A stretch of DNA of 48,648 nt, filler included, from Catajapyx aquilonaris (Eukaryota), in NCBI GenBank assembly GCA_000934665.2. It is 3 parts of 3 records of this genome, joined end to end, with 100 filler letters (N's around TTAATTAATTAA, not from the genome) between each part and the next. Parts side by side here need not be neighbours in the genome. Positions count along the whole stretch, not along the records: positions 32,500 to 48,648 come from KZ539664.1; 2 more parts are not named here. One strand, given 5' to 3'. The notes beneath the pieces were generated by a model that was given only the letters and a program-made list of their open reading frames with translations, had not been told where the DNA came from and ran no database searches. The number at the start of each line of letters is the position of its first letter. Positions within the stretch are counted from its first letter, which is position 1. Positions 35,114 through 48,648 of this stretch are shown here, one piece after another. Both the position numbers and the translations under genes were made by a program.

Positions 35114-36082
35114 TAGTAAAACCTGTCAAGTTGGACACCTTAATAAGTTGGCTACCTCCCTATGTTGGACATAATTTTTGGAACCATTGGAAAAGCCTAT
35201 CCCTTGCAATGTTGCAATGGACCCTTGTCTATCTTGGAAGTTAGACACTTTTTCCCCTCTTCCGAGTAAGTTGGACAAGTGCAGTACAATTTTCACATTC
35301 ACTTTACTCTGTACAGTACATGTGTTCTGTTTCCCCCCTAAAAACCTGAGACATGCTGAGCTCTGCATATTTGTGAAGCATGCCTTCAAGTGACATTGTC
35401 AATTGTATGACAACAGCATCCTGACAACAAAGAATGAATATGATGGCAATGCAGATTAGGTGTTGAAGCAGGTGTTGCAGCATACACAAAGTAAATCATC
35501 CGAAGACGAAGAAGATGTAAAAAACTAGAACTTCATGCTTTGTCATGCCACACTTATTACTGGCGACATTTTTTTTGCTGCCCAAAATAAATTTCTCTGA
35601 TTAAACCAGTCGCTTGTTGCTGATTTATGAACCAAAAAGTAGGCAAGTTTCAGAAATTGCATGTACAGTACACTGTGCTGTACTGTACCGAATATAAGAA
35701 AACATGTATTGAAAGTTGATTACTGATGGATGATTAGGCTACTGTACAGCACTTACTTGTATACCCGCGAGCATAAAGATGGAGACGGCAGGCTCTCACC
35801 TTCGGCAGGCTGCTCTGCCAATTGCAGCTATTACGGTATCAAATATACTGTCATAAATACACGAACACACGCCTGATGCAGCTAACTCGGTCCAAAAAGA
35901 GTTCATTAATTTGAGTCGGATAAAGAAAGGTCAAAAAAGGGCCTGCCGTCTCCATCTTTATGCTCGCGGGGGTACATTACTGTGCTGCACTATGAAACCC
36001 GAGATATTGAAATCCTACTGTAATATGTTGGGACACGATTTTCCTTAGAACCGTCAGTGTCCAACATAGACAGGTTTTACTT
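35114..36082. mobile_element. pogo/Tigger-like non-autonomous element
   Basis: AGTAAAACCTGTC.A.GTTGGACAC...GTGTCCAACATAGACAGGTTTTACT; repeated (A/T)GTTGGACA subterminal motifs. Confidence 0.8.
35764..35972. mobile_element. ~210-bp MITE nested in the Tigger-like element
   Basis: TIR CCCGCGAGCATAAAGATGGAGACGGCAGGC, TA flanks; second family member at 43600. Confidence 0.88.
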
Positions 36083-36259
36083 ACCAGCATAAAGAGGGTC
36101 CAACATGTATTACAGCAATTGTGTTTGGCAGTGTCCCAGGGTAGCTGCTGACACTTTCATTCCTGTCCATGGAAGAGGACGGTGAGCTTCGTGAGATGTC
36201 AACCACAGCAGCTCCAGAGTGGCAAGCAATTTTTGTACAACTCTGTTGCAAATAATATA

Positions 36260-36392
36260 CAGGGTGACTCAACTTTTTTGTCCGATCAGTTATCGGAAAA
36301 GCCAATGTATCTTCTAGCTATGTAGCCAGAATATGCCCCAACATTTCTGGCACATCGCTCAACTGTTGAGGGAGGAAAGTTGAGACACCCTG
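36260..36392. mobile_element. 133-bp MITE with CAGGGTG termini
   Basis: TA|CAGGGTGACTCAACTTT...AAAGTTGAGACACCCTG|TA; left end resembles the 30780 element. Confidence 0.85.
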
Positions 36393-36897
36393 TATATTGT
36401 AATGTGTGGTTTATTATTACACATGGATGGAATATGTCGAGATGATCTATGCTGCAAAGGGCAGAGATATTAATATCTATGGCAAAGGATTGAGCGTACT
36501 GTACCCAACCAGACCACTAGTTCAGGTTAGGCAGAGTACACTGAGGGGTGCCTGCTGGGTGGTCTACATATATTGCATCGGCAACTTGGGTGGTGCCACC
36601 TCGCTGCTGATGCCCTTGGCCTTATCCTCATGGAGTCAACTAGGGTCATAGACCCAAATGTGTTCTTCCCTGCTAGGTTATGGCCCCACCAGAAAGAAGA
36701 AACTGAAAATACCCTTTAAAAATATATGATAAATTTTGCATACCATTATTGCTTCAAGTTGGTACTGACGTCACAAGCATATTTCATTGCTACTTTCGCA
36801 GCATCTCTAAGGTGACATTCATGTCAGCCTGAGCCACAAGCAAAAATCATCCATCACACACAATTAAAAGTGGATTTATTGGTTCCTAGGTGCATCT

Positions 36898-37263
36898 TCA
36901 CATTGACGCAAGGCGTTTAGCCAATTCCTCCATGCGGATTTTGCATGAGACAGTGAAGGGCCTCGTGAAGGCATCTTCCTGGATCACGTTCATCTTGCCA
37001 CGTGGGCAAGAGATGCTCAGCTGGTCCTGGTACTGGAAGAGCCGTTTGCATTGGCAGCATTGCAAGGGCTTCTTCCTTGGCTTAAGTTTATCACCCACGT
37101 TACTGTCTTCCGTGGTGAATGTCTTCAGGCAGTAGGGGCACCGGATGCTTACTGTTGTTTCTTCCCTCCGGTCATCACCCATCCTTTTTGTGCTCTTGCG
37201 CTTATTCTCTTCTCGTCGACTCTTTTCCTTGTGACCCTTCTTCTTTTTCTGCTTTCGAACCAT
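36898..37263 (-). CDS. 121-aa basic protein with two CxxC pairs (putative zinc ribbon); two 5'-UTR introns
   Basis: CTCTTTCAG|ATG; upstream GT-AG introns 37314-37264 (51 bp) and 37462-37403 (60 bp, GTAAGT); AATAAA at 36880-36875 just after the stop; K/R-rich N-terminus, CPYC...CCQC. Confidence 0.72.
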   Translation of the reverse strand: MVRKQKKKKGHKEKSRREENKRKSTKRMGDDRREETTVSIRCPYCLKTFTTEDSNVGDKLKPRKKPLQCCQCKRLFQYQDQLSISCPRGKMNVIQEDAFTRPFTVSCKIRMEELAKRLASM

Positions 37264-37945
37264 CTGAAAGAGGGCTTGACATTACTCTGCAAAAAGCTGA
37301 GTTGGATAAATTACCTTTTCAAGACTGCGGTCTGGTAGATCTGCAATCTATTTTTTATCTCTGAAGACTGCGACTATTGTGCCTGCCTGATGCCTACCTT
37401 GGCTGTAAATGAATGCCAATAAGTGCAGTCCCAGCAGCACCAACCTTCTTAAAGGCACTTACCAGCACCCGGAGGAGGGGATGGCTGAGTGCTGGGCCGG
37501 TGTCCGGGTGATCTCTTGAGTCACAACGAAAATGGAACCGGAACCACCCCAGTACAATTAAACAGCAGGGGCGCCAATCCCCACTCCCCTTCCCCTCAAT
37601 GCTATTTGCCATGCACTATATTGACTATAACACTATAGTTAAGCGGAAGAAATTGCATAGTTGTTAAATTACATAATCAACGAGTTTAGCGGTACAAAAT
37701 GACGTCATTTATGGCCACATGCTGCTGTGTGGAGCTCAAGGTGGAGCCAGCTCAGAGCTAGCTACGTTTCAATGGCGCGTTTTCTCCAACTTTTCATCGC
37801 ATATGAAGGCGCTCTTTTATATCCGTTTTTTTTTTACTGATTGACATTATTATTTTATATTCATATAAAACGACCTGCCCTTTGACACACGTAAAACCGG
37901 GGCAAGTTAACACTCATAGAAACAAAAGAAATGGTTTCAATTTTG

Positions 37946-37996
<51 letters not shown>
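37946..37996 (+). repeat. (CAT)17 microsatellite
   Basis: Directly visible; shorter (CAT)n tracts at ~16320 and ~43465. Confidence 0.95.
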
Positions 37997-37997
<1 letters not shown>

Positions 37998-40900
37998 GCT
38001 ATGTAAAGGTACGACGCGTTCTCCCGAGTGAGTTTCTTTACCTTCATCGCATGCAGCTGCACACAAGTGAATTTACAGGCATTTCTTTTACTCATGGGTT
38101 TCGTGATTGAAGAGGTGGAAACCGTTTCTCCTTTTGTGATACATAAAACAAGTTTTACAATCCCCTTACAAATACCCGAAAATGTAGTATATGTACAGTT
38201 CGTACAGATATTAGCGTTTCATTTTATATTGGCATGTAGGTTTTCACTTTTTCACTCACACTACTATGCACTTTTTATATCAAAAATCTCAGTAGCTAGA
38301 GCAAAACAGGAGTCCTACAAATCCTATCCCAGGGAAGGACTAGCACAGCAGGGAGGAAAGGGTGCTAAAAACTCCACAGATTTTTCAGTTTTTGAAAAAT
38401 GGTGTATGGAACATTGACACCTGATAAAAGAGCAATGTAAATAGGCACTACATCAATACGGGGGGGGGGGGGGGGGGGGGGGNNNNNNNNNNNNNGTCGC
38501 AAAATCAGGACGTAGTACATCTTCACTGTGCAACATCCATTGTTTAATAAATAGCAGCAGTGAAACATTACATATTTCTTCTGTACAGTAATATTACAAA
38601 ATGCCACAATTATATTGTTGGCTAATGGTCATGACGAACAGGCCAGGATGAAAGTGACAGAATTGGTGTACACAGTAGCCTATTCCCTCAAGATTTTGGA
38701 AATTTCTCTTCATATTTGGTTATTTAGCTGTCACAGTCAATTACTGTAAAATGCTTGGACCTAACAGAGGCCATGGTTTATTTTCTCGCAACCTGAATAG
38801 ATTAAGCTCGACATGTAGGTCCTCTATACTTCACGTGCCCATATATTGTGTTCCATTAGCATGAATCGTTCAGAGTAGTCATACATCACGCCATGGTTTG
38901 AAATATTAATAAGAACACTTTTGATTATTCTTAGTTTTGTGCACCAACAAGAAATGCAGGAAAATATTTCATAGCAGGCACTGAAATGTTCCACCATCAA
39001 CTGGGTGGCACAATAGAACAATGGCCAAAGTCCACTAAGTTAGCAATATGGTGGCAGGTGGCATTTATTAGGTTAAAACTGTTTCGAGTCACTGATACCT
39101 CAAGCTTTATGTAATACTCAAAGGGCCACCCAAAAATAACTGGTAAGTTTATGATCCATATTTCACAACATGTGGACTTGAATTCCAAACTAATTACCTG
39201 CAGACAATTATTTCATTAACTTGGAATTTGTTATATTGAGTCATGCAATTAGAGTGAACATTTCCATACACAACAGTGCACTGCTTGAAGCCAAATATTT
39301 TTCCTTTATTCCTCACTGGTCATTACCAATCCTTTACTGGAGGGAAAAGAATGATTCTTATAATACATGGATAAGTCATGAGAAAATATTAACTATTCTT
39401 CATTCGTGTTCCAACAGATCACCCTGCATCTGTACCCACAGCTTGTGACAGGAATTGCCAAATAACTGACAATGCTTAGATGGTTATGTACTAGCCATTT
39501 TATGACAATGATGTAGCAAAATAATGAAGGGAATAACCAAAACCTTGAGAAGTAACGACAATATTTCCACCAGATTTCCTGGTGCACATGTAACACCAAG
39601 TATCATTAAACAATCACTGCTGAGAACCTGCAGCAAGGTATGGGCGTACAAAAAAGACAAAGAAAGTTGTCATACATGCTCTAAAGAGAGGCTATATCCA
39701 CAGCCAATGTCAACATACACAAAAATGTACCACAACACCATTCATGCATTCAAGTTGTGGTAACGCAATTCAGTCTAACTGTGATGGAAAAGATATTCCT
39801 TCCTAAATTCCACTACTCAACATGTGTTAATTACTCATACAATATCCCTGCAGTGAATTCCTGTTGTTTAGTGGTGGGAATGCCATGTCCAGTTCAAAGG
39901 TCTCTCATGCAAATTATTATGTGAGATTGCCCTAGTAAAAAAAAAAAGGCAATCCATTCAGGTCAGTTATTCACCTTTCACCTGAAGCCATACACAAACT
40001 GATAGTATTGATACTTCAAAAACAATTCTTTGTGGGATATTCAGACATAATTCCACTCTTTTCCCTGAAAGAAAACTGCCGCTACAGCTAGGCTTCTGAG
40101 AACTGCAAGTTATGACTTATAGCATCTTAGCCTCCAATTTACTACTGTAGCTATACATAAGTTAAAAATCACAACTTTTGATTAGGGTCTTACACAGTGT
40201 CGGAATGTTTATCTGTGCATAAAATAACTTATGCATAATGACTTGGAGCCTGCAGAAAACAGTTACACAACAGCATAAGTCAACTTCCACACTCTACAAA
40301 CACATACATGACAAAGATAATCCTTGAAAAAAAGCTAACAAGGGGTTGAAAATCCAGAGTTTTTCTAGCAAAATTACGTGTAAATGGCCGGTTTGTGGTG
40401 GGTATGAATGGTGTGATTGTTTTGAATTCATATCAAGAAGTATTGGAATTTCTTTGATATCAGACTCTTCATGGATAATTGTACCAAGTCAGTACTGGAC
40501 TCTCGTAATGTAGGAATCTGGAAACAGTAATGCCACATTCATTGTTATAATGCAACAGAGTCATATCCAGAAAGTAGGAACTAAGCTTCAAATTACAAAT
40601 TATGGAAGCGAAGTTAAATCAATTCGGAGAAAATTACACTTGATGTAAAACTGTGCAGGATATCCCAGAACCAAGGTTCTACACATGGAGGGGTCATATT
40701 GGCTGCAGATAATTTGTGTACCATGCAAGTGTTGTGAATTTAGGAGAGTGAAGTGGTAAGCCATTTGTTCTCACTTTGTTATAGGCTTTTCTCTCAAAAT
40801 ATCAAATTCAATGCTGAGGTAATTAAAAAGTGGGGACTGCACATAATAATGATAATAATAATAATAAAATAGTGACACAGTGCATCAAAAAAATGTAAAT

Positions 40901-41249
40901 ATATCTGATTATTATTTTAAAATGCTTAGCATCAAAAATTATGTGACATGATTGTTTTATAACCAGTTCATGACTGTTACCATCATTCTTAAGGCATTTT
41001 TGTTTTTCATTTGAGTCACTTCTACACCTCCTGTAGACTAACACTTCTGTGTCAGTAAGGTCAATGCTGACATGTCCACCAACACTCCCATGATCTATTA
41101 ACAGTGAGCATATTAATTTGCAGGCTTATATTTTCAACTGTTTTTGGGACCAAATAATCACCTGATGCCAAGACAACCCTTTAGTTTTTTTTACACCTTG
41201 TAAAGAACCGACATCAAACACAAAGCCAACATTATGCCAGGTTGCTATA

Positions 41250-41769
41250 CAGGGTGTTTCCAAGCTATCTTAACAAACTGCTAGGGTGTGTAGGGGAGGC
41301 AGAGACGATCAGTTTTGACCAATGCACCTGTGGTCGGAAACGCCATCTAGAGGGGGTTCATAGACAAAGAACGGTCCGCTCAGACACGTCACACGGGAGG
41401 TGATAGGTGAGCGGACTGTTTTGTTGACAGATAGCGCGCAGTTGTTGCCAGGTTGCCATAACCTGGCAACAACAGAACCGTTGTTTACTATCCGCGTGTA
41501 TCCTACGAGGCGGACTTTAGTTGCTAGATGGCTCTGTTGTTGCCAGGTAATGGCATATCGCATCGTTGTTTACTATCTGAGCGCCATCTATCAACAAAAC
41601 AGTCCGCTCGCCTAGCACCTCCCTCGTGACACGTCTGAGCGCACCTGTTCCTTGTCTATGAACCCTCTCTAGATGGCATTTCTGACCACGGGTGCATTGG
41701 TCAAAATTGATTGTCTCTGCCTCCCCTACACACCCTAGCAGTTTGTAAAGATAGCTCAGAAACACCCTG
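41250..41769. mobile_element. Palindromic MITE with CAGGGTG termini
   Basis: TA|CAGGGTGTTTC...GAAACACCCTG|TA; ~190-bp arms plus inner GTTGCCAGGT motifs. Confidence 0.92.
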
Positions 41770-43059
41770 TATTTAACATAATCCAGCAACTGCAGAAAAA
41801 TCTCTTGCTTTGTGTTTGGCATGCAAAATGTAAGAAATAAAACCTACGCACTGTAAATGACTAGAATAATTGGAAATGCAAATTGTAGCATTTTGGAACA
41901 CAACAATAGCTTCCTTAATGGGGAAATGAAGTCATGCATGCTATCCAAAAATTGTCCCTGGTGCAACATGAATTCTCCAAAAGTTGCTAGTAACCAGAAA
42001 CACACCACACAAATTGGAAGTCATATATCTTGGGCACACAGGATAAATCCACTAACTCATAATTCCAAAGAACCAGTTTCAAGATAATCCAGCACAAAGG
42101 TTTGCTCTGGCACTTTCTTACAAGTTAGTGGTGAGAAAAATTCATAGCTTTCTGGATACCAATGAATCTTCAGGACTACCACCAGGGGACTTCGCCAAGC
42201 GATAAGAGCAGGGAAAATGCTACTTGGCGCAAATAACTCAATAACTCTTCCAAAATAGGGCTTAGCGGATTTCTCCTGTGTGCCAGGTATGACATCTTCA
42301 GGTGTCAGATTGTAACATATTGTCTAGGTGGATTCCAGGCTCAAGCTAGGACAAAGGATACTGCACAAGTTAGATACATACATACTGTATACTGTGAAAT
42401 GTGATATATTCCTTGCAACTTTTGGCATGACCAGATCTCTATACCCATATCCTTCAAATTATATTTTTGAAATATATGGGTAGTAAGAGGACAAGTCAGT
42501 GTGATATCGAGTAGAAAAATTGCATTATTTCTGTCAGAATTTGTAATTTTGACTTCAATTCCCCGTCGATGGCAAAAATTATACCGATCCCACTGATATG
42601 TTCAGCACATGTAAAGAAACAGCAATAATAATTTCTTTAAAAAACAACCTGTGATAAATGTAGTCAATTTGAAGAAGACAGGAAAGGCTCATAATTAAGG
42701 GAATCTTTGGTATTGCTGTAATAGGTTTTTACACCTTGTAACTTTCCAGTTGGCATCAGAAGTCCCACCATGGAAAAAATATATATGATTAATGTAATAA
42801 ATTCATGTCAGTCCTGCACAATTTCCAACACATGAAGGTGACAGCACAGTTTTCAGTCTCGTTTATCTTCCACATACGCAATATTGCAGTCCAGCCAAGA
42901 ACTAGTGGGCATGACCCCTTCCACCGAAGGAAACGATCAGCCAAGTCACATAGTGCCAAACATGGTCCTAACAGAGGAAGACTGCCACAATGCCGCACGT
43001 AGGAAAAAAAAGAACCAATCACAGAGCAGCTGCCTTGTCTTTGCTGCGCAAGGATTCTC

Positions 43060-45463
43060 TCACTGTGGGTAATGTCCATCAGGATTGAAGATGTTGAACA
43101 GAATGGCGAAAAGGGTGCAGGCAGCATACACCCCCAACGCCACCCACCAGATGAGCTGTTCATGGAGTTTCTGTTCAAAGTTCTTGAGGACCAGTAGGCC
43201 AATGGTTAGCCCAGCCAGAGCACCGGTCAGGTGGGCCACATATGATATGGATGGGCCCACTTGTTCTGCAGCGTAGCGGTCATATATGGCGAAGCCCACA
43301 TCTACGCTTGCTGAAAGACATAAAAATGGCCCTTTAGAATCAGGTTTGTTACATTCTCAAAAGAGCTGAAGAGATTGTGTGGGTTTACCATAGCCACTGC
43401 AACTGAATACAATGCAGTATCTTACTGTCTGTTGTTAATATATTATTAATAGTAATAATAACAATCATCATCATCATCATCATAATCATCATCATCATCA
43501 TCTCAATATTGGTCTGCTATTAGTGGTTTCTGCAATTAGCCAGTTCTTTTCATTCCTGATGTAGAAAATAAATGCCAGAAATTGGCAAAATTCCATGCAC
43601 AGTCCCGAGCATGAAGTTGGAGACAGCAGGCCCTCGCCATCGGCAGGGTGCTCTGCCAATTCCCGCCATTACGGTATCAAATATACGATTATAAATACAC
43701 GAACACATGCCTAAAGCAGCTAACTCAGTCCAAAATGAGTCCATTAATTTGAGTTGGATAAAGGAAGGTCAGAGAAGGTGCACAGAGTCTCCAACTTTAT
43801 GCTTGAGACTGTACAGGTGATCCATGGTATGCTATATACCACTTACATCCCTGTTGGCTAAATAAAACTAACTAACCAATGGCAAGCAAGATTAGGAAAT
43901 AATTAGGATCACATAACCACTAGTAGTGCAAACTGCACCTTCAAACCATGCTCAAAGGATCCCTTTCAGGATTGATTTAGCATAGTAGTTATCCACAATG
44001 AGTTTTAGTGTATAGGTTATTCATAATAATGTCAGGACCCTTGACCTGACCCCAGACCAGGCTACCTCGCAGGATGTGGGAATACGAGAGTCCGGTAGGA
44101 GGTTAAATCAGTGTATGTCAGGAGTGAACAGATACAGGAGAGAGAGTGTGTGTGAGGGCAGAAGCCCCCTCCCTTTTTATACATGGAAACTGCCGCCAGG
44201 CAGCGCACAAATATGGGATAAATGCCGATTGGATGCTGCAAGCAGATCCTTGCAATAATATTATATAAAAAGTGAAATAACTTTTTGCCCATTTCCCCAA
44301 CCGAGTTTTGAATTTGAAAATCACTATTTTGCAATTTTTTCCATTTTCATATGGCCACAGAAAGGGTAGAGTAATGGAGAATTTTGATATATTGGTAATT
44401 ATTTTGATTGTGGTTGTAAACTGGATCATTGTTTAGTATCCAACCATGTATATATATTTTTATATTCTCTCTTTTAAGGATGTGTCCCCTCACACAGGTT
44501 ATACAACTTGAGGCTGGGGGACAACAATAAATAAACTATTTTGCTGCAGTGTAAATGGGAAATTCCACTAATAGAACTATATCACCAAATAGCAGCCTAA
44601 TGGTGAAAAGCCCTTCATATATTGCCAAATAATACTTACCAACTATAATTATTCCTATTAGCCTGATAATTCCAAACTCCATATTGTTGTAGTTCTGCAA
44701 AAAAAAAAAAAAGTAAATTAGTTGCATCCCTAGGGGGAAAATAACACCCATACATACCAGTAGTACGTTGGCCAAATGGGCTGCTAACAATGCATACACA
44801 CCTCCAGAAGCTCCAACCAAATAGACATCAGCATCAAAAACCGATGTCCCCAAAGAACCTGGGAAATACAATTCAGTTGAGACAATAAAGTCAAAAGCCA
44901 TCCTGTCAGTTATGCATTCCTCAAAGCCTGCTCAGCTGCCCTGATTCCCACCCTTGTTGCTTGGTGGTGCCACTAGCTGCATGTCCAGCATCAAGCATTT
45001 TATTTTACTTAAGTGTATTGATTGCAAGGGGACAGCTCTTATCTCTTTACAAGAGTGATCTCACAGAATGTGATCCAACCAAAAGGACAAAATGGCAAAA
45101 CTTCATATCCTATCACTAGTGACAAATCATGAACCATACATACCAGCTAAGACACCCGCCATATAAACAGCTCCTATACGGAGGGAGCCATGCACCATTT
45201 CCAACGGAAGACCCACGAGTACTTGCACTAATAGGTTAAAGATGAGATGGAGCCAACTGCAATAATAGAGAACAGCACTGATTACAAAGGCCAAATTTTG
45301 AGTCAGAAATTACTGACCCTGCATGGAGCACCATGTAGAAGAGGAAGCGCCAGACTTCAAACCGCTTGTCAGGTCGATAGATGAACACACTGTCAATACC
45401 AGGTACGGGGCCGGAGGAATTCACTTGTCCCAGAATAACAGTGTAATATGTGAAGAAACCCAA
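43060..45463 (-). CDS. rho: Rhomboid intramembrane serine protease (rho/stet/ru clade); 3' exons 45463-45318, 45256-45144, 44858-44758, 44694-44640, 43310-43060; 5' exons not found in the window
   Basis: WRF...HAG-WLHLIFN, catalytic GASGG, catalytic His in [12 protein letters not shown]; all GT-AG with consistent phases. Exact paralogue not resolvable. Confidence 0.95.
43600..43811. mobile_element. ~210-bp MITE in the last rhomboid intron
   Basis: CAGTCCCGAGCATGAAGTTGGAGAC...GTCTCCAACTTTATGCTTGAGACTG|TA; colinear with 35764-35972. Confidence 0.88.
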
Positions 45464-48400
45464 CTGAAATTGTGAAGCAACAGCAATTATTATCAGTTTG
45501 GATAAAGATTGTCCCTTGTTACAGGAACCATGGACAAAACCCAGAACCTTAAAAATGGATGGCCTCAACTAAAATTGAAATGACTGATATTTGATCGATG
45601 TGGCTATGAAATACACAATGAGTAACTTTATCATCTTCAACATTTCTCTTTGTCACAAAACCATTTTGCTCTCCTTGGACAGGCCCACGAACCTCTGGGG
45701 GTCCTCACTGGCTCACGATATAACTGAGCTAAACTACGTTCTCCATACTCCATGCCTACCTCTGTAGCTGGCAGGTAAGTCAGTCCCATTTGCACCCTCC
45801 TAAAAGATGCAAGACCTGTATTATTTTCATCCCTGTTTCCATGTCGACCTTAAGACCGTTTCATCAGGTAACCCCAGCACACACCAAGCGCATGGGTACT
45901 CACCCCAGTGAATTTACGGCCACATTATGACTCCATGCCAACTTGAGCTAAATTATTCGAAGCGAGTCAAATGTGACCAGCATTTCGAGGCAGTCTTGCC
46001 CACATTCTGCACAAGTGGGTCAGCACATATTCCACTCCAGCCTGTATAGTACTGTCAAGGTACTGTATAGTAGCACTGTATAGGTGCTACAATCAAGGTG
46101 GGTTGTGCGAGGTCGGTTGGTCGATCAGCTGGCACGCGCTTCATAACGGTCGTTTCACAGAAATCATTTTTTTTGTTGTCTTCCAAATTCTTCACTAGAT
46201 TGGGTAGGGTGGTGGTGGGCGGCCAACACCAGGTGGCTAGGAACACAGGATGGGAGGGCAGTAGCAGCTGTACTTGCGATGGAGGAGGCCATTATGTTCT
46301 AGGTTCAATGTGGACAAGTTCCACGATTCCACCGAGTGAAAGAAGCGAAGAGGCGCTGAAACTAGGGGGGTTTGGTGTCAATGTAATTACGGCAGCTTCG
46401 GGCAACCGCCATGTGCTTCTCGGATGGCCCCTTCGGAAATGGCCAAATGGTGTACTAATCGAGCCCGCAGCTGCTTTTCGGACCCAAAGAGGGTTTCTAA
46501 AGGGGAGGGCCATCTGTACAGGACGTGCTTCTGAAAAGCCTTTTTTCCCCCCATTATCTGTACATTACTATATGGAGGATTCATGCCCTCGAGCCCTCTT
46601 CCAATTTTACAACTTGATGTACTGGGTGATACACCATTAAATTTAAACCAAAAGCATTGGCACGTGCCAAGTGTGCTGCTGACCATCCTCTTTGTCCTCG
46701 GTCCTCCTCCTCGTTGTTCTTCCTCTTCTTATGCCCCTGAGGGTAGCTGGTTGGCTGCAGCCTTCCGTGACCACCACTGGCAGGTGCTGGCTGAATGGCG
46801 CGTGCCTGCCTGCCTGCCCGCCTGCTGCAGCTGACATGCTTCCTTGCACACTCTCTTATGTCCTTGCTTCTTTTGACCCCTTTGACCCCGACCAACGCAC
46901 CGGTTTCTACCTAAACTAATTACGTTTGTTCGACCCTCCGTGGTAGAAGACTAGTCGTATAACTTTACGCTGTTGGTTGGGATCGGTTTTCTCCAAATTT
47001 CGTGACCGCTCTCAATCGATGGATCTCATGCGACATTGAATGGTTAGATCAATCATCGTCGCTTGCATGCACGGTTATAATCAACGGGGGCAATTGCGTG
47101 TAATTACAGACATTTAATCGTGGGGTTATTGGTTCAGGTCTCGAACGGATTAGCTTGATCCGCAATGTTTAACAGGGGCTTCAAGGATGACACTTAGCTG
47201 AGGTGAACTCAAGACTTAAATTACTGAAGCAATGGTTGAGAATTAGGCAACAATTGCGTGCAGGATCCGACTGTGCGCGCTTCTAATATGCAATAAGTCA
47301 CGCTTTCCCTAACATATATAACCTGAAGCCAACCTTTCCGCTCTAATTCGACCCGAGACTTTTCAAGTGCTCTAAATCCGCGGGTTGGTTTGGATACAAT
47401 GCCCTTTATGGTTATTGTTAAGTCGGGTTACTAAACAATTCATGTCTAACTACTCGTAAATCAGTCATGTTCCAATCTGATTGCAGTGGAGAAATGAGTA
47501 TTATACGCACACCTTGCTGCACAAACCTGCATGGTAACTATGCATATCACGATCTATCAAAAGCTCTAGTGCAGTGCTGCTCTTGTGTATATCAAAAAGG
47601 TTCGTCTTTTCTCTTTTAAAAAAACTAAGAATTGGAAGGGGGGGGGGGGGTTAAAGTATTTTAAATTCCTCCGTGGTACAAGAGATCTACTGGTAGTTTG
47701 TAAGTTACAGTGACTCCAAATTAAGTCCAGGGCGAGACTAATGGGGGTTATTTTACGCAGGCGCCATGGTTGCACTTGGGTACTCACATGGCGCCATCTG
47801 ATAGGCTCGCTCACCCGCCCTTGACGTCACAAATGGTTGGGCAACGTTATGCTGCTTGCCTCTTCCATTTTATAGTGTTTTCTTTTTTTACATTTTTTCT
47901 CCAGTCCGACATGCACCTGATCTCTAAGAAACTTTCTGCGAGAAATAGATTCTCTACTATAGTTACATTATAGATTGAGCAAAACAATCATTTGAAATTT
48001 TGCAATATTAAATTTGCCAGGTAGTGATCATTTGTCAACTTGTCAGTTATGTAGACTGGCATTTAAATAGCAGAATCTTAAGGATTATTTGCTTGTTTCG
48101 TAATATGAATATCGACCCATCGTTATTGGTCATATCATAATTTTCTGCCAATATTTCACGTAACGCCTATATTATTATATCATATCAATCTGCCATGGAT
48201 CTGTCATGAGACATAGTAGGAGTAACTTGCACGGCTTGTAAAATAATCTTAGTTACTAACCGGTTCTCCTATCAGCCAACAAAGCAGGAGGTGCCAGATT
48301 ACACCTCAGGTCAAAGGGGTCACGCACGCGAATCCAAAATGCAGATAATTACAGAAGATTAATTTTATACAAATCCACGACGTCCATTTCATTAATCTAT

Positions 48401-48648
48401 TTTTTTGACTGTCACATTATTGACGTCACTCGCTAATGCTATTCACTATTATAGTAGGCCTACCAGGGACGTATAATGTGAACAGTCTTCGTGTGTCAAG
48501 GCCTTTTCTCCGGCACAATGCACGTAAATTAGCTGCATGTTCAGAAAATGCGGGCAATTCCACGCGTTACGTACAGACAATCGGAAGCTGTGTTGAGGTG
48601 TTTAGGAGTCCACCGCGGCTAGGTACTTGCCGTAATAGATTAACTGTT

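Noticed and set aside
36085..36242. Minus-strand exon-like block with a GTAAGT donor (and a possible last exon near 33223-33307)
   Set aside because: No phase-linked neighbouring exons or recognisable peptide; not supportable.
38460..38495. Poly-G tract as a G-quadruplex
   Set aside because: It abuts an N gap, so its length and accuracy are unreliable.
45834..45873. CTGATGA...GAAA hammerhead-like core on the minus strand (also CTGATGA at ~23690 and ~24645)
   Set aside because: The required flanking stems could not be formed by eye.
46098..46919. Overlapping 68-180 aa ORFs
   Set aside because: No domain similarity and no match to a rhomboid N-terminus; probably chance ORFs in GC-richer intronic DNA.

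Overview
Eukaryotic, repeat-rich animal genomic DNA, most likely an insect or other arthropod. This is inferred from 40-70 bp GT-AG introns, an insect-type rhomboid gene and the TE families present. It is not prokaryotic, and no CRISPR array or rRNA was seen. Two 100-bp N spacers carry an artificial TTAATTAATTAA linker, so the three segments may not be truly adjacent. Recognisable genes: Tim44 (one 1.2-kb coding exon, + strand) and the five 3' exons of a rhomboid protease (- strand). Unassigned spliced genes: an acidic/Arg-rich gene at 344-4881, a small basic CxxC-CxxC protein gene at 36.9-37.5 kb, and two intact, outward-facing copies of a 3-exon orphan gene (222/226 aa) forming the arms of a 3.8-kb near-perfect palindrome (26162-29956), the most striking feature. 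A second long inverted repeat (6073-10989) carries arm-specific insertions whose empty sites in the opposite arm prove their target-site duplications (TSDs). The rest is a dense mix of nested MITEs (Tc1/mariner CAGGGTG type, pogo/Tigger, hAT, piggyBac, Kolobok, Chapaev3-like), tRNA-derived SINEs that appear to have swapped modules, an RNase H-bearing LINE 3' end and a decayed hAT-Charlie transposase. Gene models and alignments were made by eye.
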